From positions 119,505 to 183,504 of the forward strand of contig CAMBFC010000002.1 in assembly GCA_945865905.1 (NCBI GenBank): a stretch of 64,000 bases of DNA. The letters run 5' to 3'. The translations under genes and the position numbers were made by a program. This stretch comes from Rickettsia typhi. GTDB taxonomy: Bacteria > Pseudomonadota > Alphaproteobacteria > Rickettsiales > UBA1997. The notes below the pieces were generated by a model. That model had not been told where the DNA came from. It saw only the letters and a list, made by a program, of their open reading frames with translations, and did not search any database. This document shows, piece by piece, positions 18,207-29,660 of the stretch. Position 1 is the stretch's first letter. Each line of letters starts with the position of its first letter.

Positions 18207-21200
18207 ATGGATCATAGCAAGGCAGCTAAAGGCAAAGAAACAAAAAAAGACCTCTCGATAGGAGGCCTTATGGATAAAATTATTAAAAATCTCGATAATT
18301 CTCTTGGGTTAGTTAGTCAAGATTATTGCGCGCAAGCTATAGTCAAAATAGTTGGTGACCTCACAACAAGAACCGCAGGGCGCTTTATGGAAATTATTCA
18401 CAAAATATTGCAAACCGACTTTTATAGCAGCAAAGAAACAGGATTAACCGACGATGAGTTAGAATTGACGGTTTTGATGTATTTTGCGATTGCTCAAGAT
18501 CTAAAAGAAAAGGCGCTTCCTGGAGCTAACTATTATTACGATCTAGCGTATCGCTGTCATCCAATTGAAGATTTGGCGCTCAATCCTTATAAACTGCTAT
18601 ACGCAAGAAGTCTAAATACAATATCGCCGCATTCGCGCTTAGAATTGCAGCGAATCATAGCTCTTTACTCAGAAATAAGCAGGGTTCAATTTTCTATGGA
18701 AGCCGCTTTAGCAGAGTTAAAATTAGCGCTTCTAAATAATAAAACTTTTGCAAATGTTAAGTTAGATTTAGATGCCTTAATAATAAAACATCCACCTCTT
18801 GCCAGCAGTATAAATGCAGAAAAAGCTTGGACAGAATTATGCGATTATGCAAAAAACCTCAGATCCAAAAATCCATCGATACAGGCTCTTCTTGATTATT
18901 TAAGGCAAACAACTGTGCTCGACTATCCATCTATAAAACAAGATCAGTTAGGAGAAGACTTAAAACTAGCTAACGAAGATGATGATAAAAAACTATTAGC
19001 CTTATTGGATTTGGCAAAGAAATCGCGAAATACCAATCCACCAATAACCGATATTATTAATTCAGACAAAACTGCCGAGGCTCTTCGAATTTATTATGGC
19101 CCAATCACTGAAAAAAATGTTAATGGTCAAAAAGCAGCATTAAATCTAGTTCAATCTTTGCGAAAAAATAATTGCAACTCTTTTTATTATTTTTATCAAA
19201 ATTATGATGCTTTAAGCAAAAATCGTGCCATGATTCAATTGTGTCGAGGATCTATTTTGCAAGAAACACCGCCGATATATTTTCTTGAAATGGCGGCGTG
19301 GAACGGCAACAGAGAAGCTCAATACGAATTATCAAAACATTATTTAGCTCAACATCTTGAAAGAGGCGCCAAAGATATATCATTAAAAGGAAAATGGTTA
19401 TATTTTCTTGAATTAGCCGCAAATAATAATGTTGCTGAAGCTCAATATGATTTATCGGTCGCCATTAAATCTAAAAAAATATCCGCTCAAGATGGTGCTG
19501 AATTTTTATACCTTCATGACGCTTCTTCAAATGGCCACCAAATGGCCGTTGAAGAATGCGTTCGATTACAAGAATACATTGATCAATGCACCTTCGAAAC
19601 ATCCAAAACAAAAGATAAAGATCTAGTTCAGCCCAAAACAAGCGGCCAAGAAACAATAAAAATCGCACTTGCAGAACTTGGAAAAAAATTAGAAGATCCG
19701 CTTGGCTTTGTTGATCATGACGAACATTCAAAAATCCTAATACTTGAATTGTTAGAAAAAAAAAGCCCCTCAACAGCATCTTTGCTATCAAATTATCTAA
19801 CTGTCGCAAAAAAATATAGCGAACTTCAGACTGCTGATCCATCAAATTATAAAGCAATAAAAAAAGCACAAGAAGTCCTGAATTCTTTTTTATATTATGT
19901 TATATATCAATCCAACCCAGATTTAGATTATTACGCTGAACTTGCCTATAAATGCAATCCTGAGCAAGATCGATGGAATATTGGAATTACTTATAATTAT
20001 GCAAGATTTCTTGAAAAATCATCGCAAAATTCTAAGGAGAAAAAACAAGAGGCTTTAAATTTATATTATTTAATAATAGCTGCCGCAGAAAAAACCCCAG
20101 ACCCATCGCTTTCTGTTGTTGGGTTAGCTAAAATCAAAGTTGCAATGTTAACTGGCAAATCTTTTGCCGAAATCATAAGCTCTTTAAAAGCTATTCAAAA
20201 AGAATATCCTGTTTTAATCCAAAATGTAGAGGCAGAAATAACTTGGATAAATTTATACGACTTTGCCAAAAAATTCAGATCACCCAATGATTCAAAGATA
20301 CAAGAATTTCTTGATCATGCAAACAAAGTTATTGCTCAAGAATTTCCTTCTTTATCGGCAGATCCAAATGGACCAAGCCAAGAAAAAGAATTACTAAAAA
20401 TAAAAAACAGAGAGCACTTATTGTTGCTCTTTAATCGAGCAATAACATCTCGCAGTCAATTTACATCAGATATTGAAAACAATGATATAATCTGCAAAGA
20501 CAGGGGGCCTGAATTTTCTCAAATTATTGATAGCGATGAATTAAAGCCAATTTCTTATTTAAGATCTTTGATCAACAAAGATCCCGATGCATTATATTAT
20601 TTTTATTTAAATTATGATCGTTGCACTTCACCAAAAAGTGAATCATTTTATAAAGATATCAATCTAAAACTATATCAAGGATTTGCAAAAAGACCAAAAG
20701 AACAATTTCTTAGAGAAGCCGCTTTAAATGGCAATGCTTTCGCTCAATACGATCTGGCGCAGCAATCTTTAAGTGAGGCAAAAGAATTAAAAAAAGCAAT
20801 AACTTTAGAGCAAAACCCAGATGAATTAATTCGACAAAATACAAAATTAGAGATCCTTAAAGCAAGATTCAAATATTTTTTGGAATTGTCTGCGAACAAC
20901 AATCATAAAGAAGCAATACTTAAAATAGCTGATTGCTTAGTCCTAAATGATGATCCTGCAAATCATGATAGATTAGATCGCATAACCACAGATCCAGCTT
21001 TTGCATTTATTTATTATAAACAAGCGAGCAAAGTTGGCCATAAGGCAGCCAAAACTAGATATGAGCAAGAGTTAGCAAGGATTGAATCATTAAATCTTAG
21101 AGAAATATCTGCAGATGATTTTTTATTTATAAAAAAAATATCTCACCATGATCACTCCGCCATGATGATCTATGCAATTTGTCTTGAAGGAGGATTGGGT

Positions 21201-23360
21201 ACAGAGCGAGATTTGGCTGCAGCAATCAGAATCTACAAATACTTATCTCCCCATAAAGAATTAGCTAAATTTAAAATTGCCCTCGCAAATTTATTAGAAA
21301 CAAATAATCCCGAATCCTTAATATCGATTTTACAAAATACCGCCGAAAATCCTGATTCTCTTCCTTATCTAGCCGCATTTGCAGAAAATGAATCATTCTC
21401 ACCAGAAATAAAATATAATATAGCTTGCGAACTAAACAAATTATCATTTGCAAAAAAGCAAAAGAAAGATGCTGATCAAATATACAAAAGACTCATTCAA
21501 AACTCCGCCTCCAAAGGATTTGTGGCAGCTCATATTGAATTTGCTAAAATTCTAATTTTGCAATCCACAAAGCAAGATGAAGATCCTTTGGCTAATAAAA
21601 AAAAGGCTTTTGCAATAGTTTTAGATATAATTAATGGCAATAATTCAGACACACTAAAAGCCGAAGCTGCTCAACAAATGCTTGCTTTACTAAAAACAGA
21701 AGATCTTCTTTCTGCGGATCTAGCTATTGAAAAAATCAAGCCGCTTCTTGTGCAAAATTTTCTTACATCACTTGAGGCTAAAAAAATAGACACCAAGCAA
21801 ACTCTAGGAAGCACAATACAATTTAAATTAGCAGAAAAAATCGAACAACTTGCGCAAAAAATAGCCGAGCCAAATAAGGGAATTTGGCTTCAACAAGCTA
21901 TGGCTCTAACCAGATTAAGCGTTGACGCTCGCACCCCTTATCTTCCTGCGCAAGCAAAAATAATTTTATATTTTATTAATGGAGAATATAATTCAAATAT
22001 CGCAGAAATTAAAGAATTTAGAAAATGGTGCAAATCACATGACATAAAAAATCCTCTCGCAATAGCAAATCGTCTTTATGAAATTGGAAAAGAAATTACC
22101 GAAGAAAGCGTATTGCAAAGATACAAAGATGAGTTTAAATATTATTTTGAACTTGTTGAAGCAAAGCTTGCAACGAAGGAGGAAAAATCCGCATTAAAAC
22201 AGCAATATCCTGAATGGATAAAGCCCGAGATTGAAAAAATAATTGCATCTCCTTCAGCTACAGCAAAAGTGGCATCACCAGTTGCATCACCAAAAAAAGA
22301 ATCTCCGCCGCCGCCTCTAGCGCCACCTATCTTGGCTCCAATAGCTATTTCCTTAGCAAAAGAACCTTCTCGCCAACAAGAAATGGAGGCATTTTTAAAA
22401 GAGAGGCGCAAAATATCGTCAATGCAAGACCTGCCAATATTTTTGCAAAAAATTCTTGCTAAAATGCCTCAAGAATCAAAATTTTGGATAAAAGGAAGTG
22501 TAATATCTTGCGCAAGAACCCCAAGATTGCCAAATGATCTTGATATTGCGTTTGAAATAAAAGGAATGAGCTCTTGGAGTGAGGCCCAAATCAAAGCATT
22601 TGTCAAAGACAATTTTGGCATTGATAAAGTAGAAATTTATAATAGAGATGGCGTCTTTACTGTTAATGCAAAAGATAGCGCTATTGATATTTCATTTTAT
22701 AGCGACAATAAAAAACCGCCACTTTATTTGGATTGGACAACAAATAGAGACATCACGCTCTCCTTTCGCGAAGATGGCACCTCATACAAAGAATACACCG
22801 CTGGTTTTAAAGAATATTTAACCAGAAGCAACCCACAAATAGCTCACATAAATTCGACGGGAGCATTTTTAATCAATCCCATTGCGCGGGGATTAATATC
22901 AAGGCTTTGTTTTCTTATGGCCATCAAAGAAATAACCCCAGAAGAAATAATATTGGCGATAGGAGCGATTTTGCCAAAGCACCCCGCAGATTTACTCTTT
23001 AGAGAATTCAAGCTCGATAAGTGCAATCCCGAAGAACGATCAACCCTAATTCAAGAAAAAATCACACAATTTGCAGATAATCACAAATTAAATCCAGAGC
23101 TAACTCAAGATTTTACATTTCATTTGGGTCAAATAATAAATTTAGATTGGTCATCTATTACAAAACAACATCCATTTGCAAACCCTCCCCATCCAAGCAC
23201 ATTAGCTATTTATCAAGAAATGTATAAAACTATTGATCATTTGGCAACAGAGATTTTTGCTGCCAAATCGTTAGCTAACATTCCAGCCTCTTCAACTACC
23301 CCAACAAATAAAACAACCTTATCTCTAAGTATACAAAATGAAAAAGGCAGACCACATTAA
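18207..23360 (+). CDS. 1717-aa SEL1/TPR-like repeat protein with internal duplication and a C-terminal nucleotidyltransferase-like domain; candidate effector
   Basis: SEL1-type motifs (AAWNGNREAQYEL, AALNGNAFAQYDL, YAICLEGGLGTERDLAAAIRIY), a Pro-rich linker, and GS-x12-DLD plus a third Asp near the C-terminus. Confidence 0.7.
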   Translation: MDHSKAAKGKETKKDLSIGGLMDKIIKNLDNSLGLVSQDYCAQAIVKIVGDLTTRTAGRFMEIIHKILQTDFYSSKETGLTDDELELTVLMYFAIAQDLKEKALPGANYYYDLAYRCHPIEDLALNPYKLLYARSLNTISPHSRLELQRIIALYSEISRVQFSMEAALAELKLALLNNKTFANVKLDLDALIIKHPPLASSINAEKAWTELCDYAKNLRSKNPSIQALLDYLRQTTVLDYPSIKQDQLGEDLKLANEDDDKKLLALLDLAKKSRNTNPPITDIINSDKTAEALRIYYGPITEKNVNGQKAALNLVQSLRKNNCNSFYYFYQNYDALSKNRAMIQLCRGSILQETPPIYFLEMAAWNGNREAQYELSKHYLAQHLERGAKDISLKGKWLYFLELAANNNVAEAQYDLSVAIKSKKISAQDGAEFLYLHDASSNGHQMAVEECVRLQEYIDQCTFETSKTKDKDLVQPKTSGQETIKIALAELGKKLEDPLGFVDHDEHSKILILELLEKKSPSTASLLSNYLTVAKKYSELQTADPSNYKAIKKAQEVLNSFLYYVIYQSNPDLDYYAELAYKCNPEQDRWNIGITYNYARFLEKSSQNSKEKKQEALNLYYLIIAAAEKTPDPSLSVVGLAKIKVAMLTGKSFAEIISSLKAIQKEYPVLIQNVEAEITWINLYDFAKKFRSPNDSKIQEFLDHANKVIAQEFPSLSADPNGPSQEKELLKIKNREHLLLLFNRAITSRSQFTSDIENNDIICKDRGPEFSQIIDSDELKPISYLRSLINKDPDALYYFYLNYDRCTSPKSESFYKDINLKLYQGFAKRPKEQFLREAALNGNAFAQYDLAQQSLSEAKELKKAITLEQNPDELIRQNTKLEILKARFKYFLELSANNNHKEAILKIADCLVLNDDPANHDRLDRITTDPAFAFIYYKQASKVGHKAAKTRYEQELARIESLNLREISADDFLFIKKISHHDHSAMMIYAICLEGGLGTERDLAAAIRIYKYLSPHKELAKFKIALANLLETNNPESLISILQNTAENPDSLPYLAAFAENESFSPEIKYNIACELNKLSFAKKQKKDADQIYKRLIQNSASKGFVAAHIEFAKILILQSTKQDEDPLANKKKAFAIVLDIINGNNSDTLKAEAAQQMLALLKTEDLLSADLAIEKIKPLLVQNFLTSLEAKKIDTKQTLGSTIQFKLAEKIEQLAQKIAEPNKGIWLQQAMALTRLSVDARTPYLPAQAKIILYFINGEYNSNIAEIKEFRKWCKSHDIKNPLAIANRLYEIGKEITEESVLQRYKDEFKYYFELVEAKLATKEEKSALKQQYPEWIKPEIEKIIASPSATAKVASPVASPKKESPPPPLAPPILAPIAISLAKEPSRQQEMEAFLKERRKISSMQDLPIFLQKILAKMPQESKFWIKGSVISCARTPRLPNDLDIAFEIKGMSSWSEAQIKAFVKDNFGIDKVEIYNRDGVFTVNAKDSAIDISFYSDNKKPPLYLDWTTNRDITLSFREDGTSYKEYTAGFKEYLTRSNPQIAHINSTGAFLINPIARGLISRLCFLMAIKEITPEEIILAIGAILPKHPADLLFREFKLDKCNPEERSTLIQEKITQFADNHKLNPELTQDFTFHLGQIINLDWSSITKQHPFANPPHPSTLAIYQEMYKTIDHLATEIFAAKSLANIPASSTTPTNKTTLSLSIQNEKGRPH

Positions 23361-23400
23361 TGATCCGCCTTTTTCTTGAAACAAAAACAAATGCGCAGAA

Positions 23401-25065
<1,665 letters not shown>

Positions 25066-25089
25066 TTAATTAATAATATTTTTGATTTT

Positions 25090-25377
25090 CTACTCAATAA
25101 CCGCTAAAATATCTGATTCTTTGAGGATGATTAACTCTTTACCATCAACTTTAACTTCAGAGCCGCCCCACTTAGCAAATAGGACCTTATCACCAACCAC
25201 AACATCAAGCGCAACAATTTTGCCAGATTCATCACGGCCACCTTTTCCAACGGCAACAACTTTGCCTTCAGATGGTTTTTCTTTTGCGGTATCGGGAATG
25301 ATTATTCCGCCAGCGGTTTTAGCCTGAGCCTCAATTCGTTCAATCAACACGCGATCATGTAGTGGTCTGATATTCAT
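25090..25377 (-). CDS. groS: Co-chaperonin GroES
   Basis: [31 protein letters not shown]. Confidence 0.99.
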   Translation of the reverse strand: MNIRPLHDRVLIERIEAQAKTAGGIIIPDTAKEKPSEGKVVAVGKGGRDESGKIVALDVVVGDKVLFAKWGGSEVKVDGKELIILKESDILAVIE

Positions 25378-25450
25378 AATAATTTGTGAAATTTATTGTT
25401 ATTTAAAACGCCAATTTGGCATTTAAAGAAAAAAACTCTTCTGTAAATCA

Positions 25451-25479
25451 AATATAATCACCTAATTGCATTTTGACAA
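25451..25479 (-). promoter_or_regulatory. Probable sigma70-type promoter of groESL
   Basis: Minus strand TTGTCA-N17-TATATT. The preceding C gives CTTG, so RpoH use is also possible. Confidence 0.5.
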
Positions 25480-25613
25480 GGGGTCGTTTTATTTTTACCA
25501 AATAATTCTTGGGTTTTAAATATTATTGCAATTTATTGTAAAGTGCAATACACTGCTTAGATATATATTTTTTTATATCATTGAGTTTTAACAAACTACA
25601 AATAAATAACATT

Positions 25614-27878
25614 ATGACTGACAATATTCCTGGCTTTCCTACTGCACCACAAGCCCCTTCTAATCCTCATGTGCTTTTACCAAACAGTACTAGCCCTTAT
25701 GATGGACTTAACACACCAAATACATTTTCATCAGGGAATCATAATTTAGTAACTATGACTGAAAGACCTTTCAATAGAAGAGGCAATCTAAAAGGAACAA
25801 CAGTCCATCATGCCGAATCTCGAGAGAAAAGAAAAGCTGCAATAAAAGATGCCAAAGCTGTTCGCACAGATGATAAACAAGCTGCTAAACAAGCTGCTAA
25901 ACAAGCTGCTGAAAATGCCACTAATAATCCTAGCCTATTTCAAGCATTTCGTACAACTGTTGCTGCCTTCTCAGATGGGATGGTCCAGCGCCTCAAGGGA
26001 ATCAGAGAAAGAGGATTAATACAACCCGAACCAACGATAGCTCCTATTGTTAGAACCACCACTACAAAAGCTCCTACTACAAAGACTTCAGCTACTGCTA
26101 CTGCAGCGCCTATTACAAATGCACCAACTTCCCAAATAACCATCACTACTCCACAAACAAACGCTACAAACGCTACAGATACTACAGCGTCTATTACAAA
26201 TGCACCAACTTCCCAAATAACCACCGCTACTCAACAAGCAACAATATCCCCAATCCAAGGATTATTCTTACAAGATAATTTAAAAATATTTTTCGATAAA
26301 TTTCAAGCGCTACCAGAATCTACAAAAACTCCAGAAATAGCACAGTTTTTAAACCTCTATAATGACCTTGTAAATAACATCGAGCAGAACAAGCCTCTCT
26401 ACCTAATAAGTGCAAACCTATTTTCTTCACTTCTAGCTCAAATAGGTCAAGCTGCAGCACCAACCATTTCAACAACGAGAACTATCACAACCACACTAGA
26501 GCCCATAGTAAATCCTGATTATATTACAGATAGATTAGAGAAGGAAGGCAAAATCATCACGGGTCGCAATGCAACCGATACCTCGGCAGAATTTACAAGA
26601 TTTAAAGATGCTTATAAGGCAATAAAGGAGCAACTAGCCGCAGGCAACAATGTATCATTAGCGCAATGGAATCAATATACTCAAGCATTTCTCACTTTCC
26701 AATTTCCTCCAACCACCACCACTTCCTCTACTACTACTACAACTCCTCCACCAACCGCTGCACCAGCACTATTGGTAGGATTGCAACCTATATATGAAGG
26801 CTATTTTCATAGATATAATACTCAGGGATCCGATTATTTAACAGATCCTCGCGTTAAAGACTCCGTCGCCTTATTTAATACTTTATTTATAAACTCATTT
26901 GCAGCGGCAAATCAAACTCAATTGTCAGTGCCTGAATCAAGCATAAACATGATGACTCAATTGATTCGCGCTATAAACACAGCACTTGCGGCACCAACCA
27001 GCACTTCAACCACTACCGCAAGCCCTAAAGCTACTATTGGATACGATCAAATTGTATTATTGAGAGACACTTTAGCTCTTAGTAATGCATATATTCAGCC
27101 TTATCTAGCAGCACATCCAAATGAAGCTACAAGAACCGTAGAGTTCACAAATTTTTATACGCTTCAGCAAGCTTTAGATGTCAAAGTTAATCCCAAAGAT
27201 GGCCCAGTATTGCCTGTGACAGAGCAAGAATTTAGAGAATATGGTGATGCTTTCACCGCCTCTTTAAACGGAACGACATTTCCGAGTCAACCCAGTGTAG
27301 GTAAGAGTGGTTTCTCTAGGCCTGAGTTAGCTGGAGTGATAATTGGTTCTATTTTGGCGGCGGCGGCGGTTGCAGCTGGGCTGATCTACAAGTACAAGAA
27401 TAACGCGGTAGCAGCACGAAAAACAAATGTGCAGAGCCCTCTCCTTTTTAACCAAAAACCTGATGCTGTTTGTCTGACTGAGTCTCATCTTGGTGATGAG
27501 TCTACTACTGATATGCCGACAGCATCAACAGTAGCAACAGCTGATAATAGTCGAGCTGAGGCGGTGAGGCGTATAGATGTTGCTCCTGCTCATAAATTTT
27601 TTCCTATGCCTACTGATGCAGCAATGCATTGGCGGCGGAATGCGGTAAATCAAAATCCTACTAATCCGGATGGTTCTATGTCGCCTACTGGATTAGCTAG
27701 CGTGGATGAGGTTGCTGCTCCGAAGCTTCTTGATCCGAATTGTATAAAGGCGAAATCAAAAGAGGCGGAATCAAACGCTGCAGAAAATCTCGAGAATTTT
27801 TACATTCCTGGAGCCGTACCCCAATCCATCCTAGTAGCGCCCATCTTACCAAACAATCTAGATCAACACAAACCCTAA
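25614..27878 (+). CDS. Thr/Pro-rich mucin-like protein with four helical modules and one C-proximal TM segment
   Basis: Poly-Thr linkers; TM LAGVIIGSILAAAAVAAGLIY followed by KYK; no N-terminal signal peptide. ATG 25614 preferred over TTG 25581. Confidence 0.7.
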   Translation: MTDNIPGFPTAPQAPSNPHVLLPNSTSPYDGLNTPNTFSSGNHNLVTMTERPFNRRGNLKGTTVHHAESREKRKAAIKDAKAVRTDDKQAAKQAAKQAAENATNNPSLFQAFRTTVAAFSDGMVQRLKGIRERGLIQPEPTIAPIVRTTTTKAPTTKTSATATAAPITNAPTSQITITTPQTNATNATDTTASITNAPTSQITTATQQATISPIQGLFLQDNLKIFFDKFQALPESTKTPEIAQFLNLYNDLVNNIEQNKPLYLISANLFSSLLAQIGQAAAPTISTTRTITTTLEPIVNPDYITDRLEKEGKIITGRNATDTSAEFTRFKDAYKAIKEQLAAGNNVSLAQWNQYTQAFLTFQFPPTTTTSSTTTTTPPPTAAPALLVGLQPIYEGYFHRYNTQGSDYLTDPRVKDSVALFNTLFINSFAAANQTQLSVPESSINMMTQLIRAINTALAAPTSTSTTTASPKATIGYDQIVLLRDTLALSNAYIQPYLAAHPNEATRTVEFTNFYTLQQALDVKVNPKDGPVLPVTEQEFREYGDAFTASLNGTTFPSQPSVGKSGFSRPELAGVIIGSILAAAAVAAGLIYKYKNNAVAARKTNVQSPLLFNQKPDAVCLTESHLGDESTTDMPTASTVATADNSRAEAVRRIDVAPAHKFFPMPTDAAMHWRRNAVNQNPTNPDGSMSPTGLASVDEVAAPKLLDPNCIKAKSKEAESNAAENLENFYIPGAVPQSILVAPILPNNLDQHKP
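25875..25910 (+). repeat. 12-bp tandem repeat x3 (KQAA)
   Basis: aaacaagctgct repeated three times in frame. Confidence 0.9.
26110..26223 (+). repeat. 33-bp direct repeat (ITNAPTSQIT), period 81 bp
   Basis: ctattacaaatgcaccaacttcccaaataacca at 26110-26142 and 26191-26223. Confidence 0.9.
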
Positions 27879-27906
27879 TCACCAAACCAAATAAAGTTAC
27901 TAAAAT

Positions 27907-28563
27907 ATGAAAAAAGCCATAAAAATCCTATCACTAATCACCGCCATCTACACAATAACCACAACAAGCATCGCCCAAGCCGATACCTCCAAATCTGGAT
28001 TATATGTTGGGGTTGATGCCTTGCGCTCTTTTGCAAAACATAAATATTTAGCAGAAGGTCATCATTTGCGAATCAACGGAACACATAGCAGAAATGAAAG
28101 CAATGGTTTCGGCGTCAATATGGGATATAAAGTTGCTGCGAAAAAAGCCTTTATCGCACCAGAAATTTTCTATGAAAAAATCAGCAATTCTGCAAAAGAT
28201 TTTGGCTATGAACAAAATCCACCAATAAGAGAAAACTCATTAAATGTCGATCAACGCTACGGCGCAAAAATTAATGTTGGCTATAATTTTGCTTCAAAAT
28301 TTAATGTTTTTGCAAATATTGGCATGACCAATACTAATTATACTATAAAACTATTGGGAATTCCTACCGGCGATCATATCACACAAAAAGTTGCACAATT
28401 TACCATGATTTATGGCGCTGGTCTATCTTATGATATCAACAATAACTGGTCACTGAAGGCCTCTTATGATTGGCAACAATTTAATGCTCGCTATGATCTT
28501 GGAGTTGAAAAAGATCGCATTCTTTTGCAAACTGTAAAAGCTGGCATTGCTTATAAATTCTAA
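27907..28563 (+). CDS. Small outer-membrane beta-barrel (OmpA-like/Omp25-type)
   Basis: Signal peptide, GLYVG, GFGVNMGY, YGAGLSYDINNNWSLKASY, terminal GIAYKF. Confidence 0.85.
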   Translation: MKKAIKILSLITAIYTITTTSIAQADTSKSGLYVGVDALRSFAKHKYLAEGHHLRINGTHSRNESNGFGVNMGYKVAAKKAFIAPEIFYEKISNSAKDFGYEQNPPIRENSLNVDQRYGAKINVGYNFASKFNVFANIGMTNTNYTIKLLGIPTGDHITQKVAQFTMIYGAGLSYDINNNWSLKASYDWQQFNARYDLGVEKDRILLQTVKAGIAYKF

Positions 28564-28595
28564 TTTAGAAAAAGCGTCAAATGGCAATGCTGGTA

Positions 28596-28850
28596 TTAAT
28601 CATCCAACATTGCGTCCAGGTTCCCCGCTGCTTCTAGCTCATAAAGATCATCGCATCCGCCAACATGCTGCTCGCCGATAAAAATCTGCGGCACCGTCAT
28701 TCTGCCACCAGATTTTTTGATCATTTCTTCACGCAACTCATCGCTGGTAATTTTAATTTCAACAAAATCAGCTTTTTTGCGCGCTAGCAACATTTTGGCT
28801 TTTATGCAATAAGGGCAAGGATCTTTACTATAAATAATAATTTTTTTCAT
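28596..28850 (-). CDS. grxC: Glutaredoxin 3
   Basis: CPYC, TVPQIFI, GGCDDL. Start reassigned to ATG 28850. Confidence 0.95.
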   Translation of the reverse strand: MKKIIIYSKDPCPYCIKAKMLLARKKADFVEIKITSDELREEMIKKSGGRMTVPQIFIGEQHVGGCDDLYELEAAGNLDAMLDD

Positions 28851-28857
28851 AATTTTT

Positions 28858-29256
28858 TTATCGTCTACCACTTGGACTATTTCCAATTTCTGGCGTGCCA
28901 TAATATGTTGGAGGCACATAATATTGATCGCTATCATAATAAGGATATTGCGGCGATGGCTGAAAAGCATAAGGATTTACATAAGCGCGCGATCCTCCTT
29001 GCTGTTGATAAGGCTGCGATGGCTGTCTATATTGTTGCGGTTGCGGTTGTGGTTGATATTGCTGCTGTTGCGGTTGCGAATAAGGTTGACTATAATAATA
29101 ATCTGGCGTTGTTTTAACTGGCGTAGGCGGTCTAGAATATTGCATTGGCTGCGAACCGCTATAATAAGCAGCGGGCTCTGTTCCTCGAGATGAACATCCT
29201 GCTAACAATAAGATAAAGCAACATCGTAATAAATTTTGTAAAATTATGTTTCTCAT
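28858..29256 (-). CDS. Tyr/Gln/Pro/Ser-rich disordered lipoprotein
   Basis: Lipobox LLAGC followed by low-complexity sequence with an NPYxF motif. Confidence 0.7.
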   Translation of the reverse strand: MRNIILQNLLRCCFILLLAGCSSRGTEPAAYYSGSQPMQYSRPPTPVKTTPDYYYSQPYSQPQQQQYQPQPQPQQYRQPSQPYQQQGGSRAYVNPYAFQPSPQYPYYDSDQYYVPPTYYGTPEIGNSPSGRR

Positions 29257-29568
29257 TTAGCGCAAATAATATTCACTTGGCAAGACATATGTAGTATCGT
29301 TATCACTGTTAGGGCTTTGCCCATAAGGCGGCTCAAAATCATAAGGGTTAGAATAAGACTGCGAATTAGGAGCCCCATAATACGGACTATTTTGTGGAGC
29401 CCGATAATATTGCTGCGCCGGATAGCCTCTCTGTTGCTGCGGAGCGGACTGTCTTTGAGATATTTTATTATCATCTCTTGCACATTGCGTCAAAATAAGT
29501 AGGCTAAAAAAAGCCACACAACACAGCTTAAGCTTTATTATGATTGATTGTATTGCGTTATTAGTCAT
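29257..29568 (-). CDS. Second Tyr/Gln/Pro/Ser-rich lipoprotein, paralogous to its neighbour
   Basis: Lipobox-like LILTQC; shares NPYxFxP...DxD..YVxP..YY. Confidence 0.6.
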   Translation of the reverse strand: MTNNAIQSIIIKLKLCCVAFFSLLILTQCARDDNKISQRQSAPQQQRGYPAQQYYRAPQNSPYYGAPNSQSYSNPYDFEPPYGQSPNSDNDTTYVLPSEYYLR

Positions 29569-29660
29569 TTAAATTAAATATTTATCAACAAATGTTTAAC
29601 CATTGTTAGCAATAACTACACCTATTGTACAATTTTCAAACACAAAATTGCCAGAAAAAA

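Noticed and set aside
25378-25580. CIRCE element upstream of groESL
   Set aside because: No TTAGCACTC-N9-GAGTGCTAA match found.
25875-26223. Direct repeats as a CRISPR array
   Set aside because: Only 2-3 copies, in frame within a coding region, with no unique spacers or cas genes.
28872-29502. Arg/Leu/Ile-rich plus-strand ORFs
   Set aside because: Antisense translations of the Gln/Tyr/Pro lipoprotein repeats.
29569-29660. FMN riboswitch upstream of ribD
   Set aside because: The region is too short and AT-rich, with no RFN consensus.
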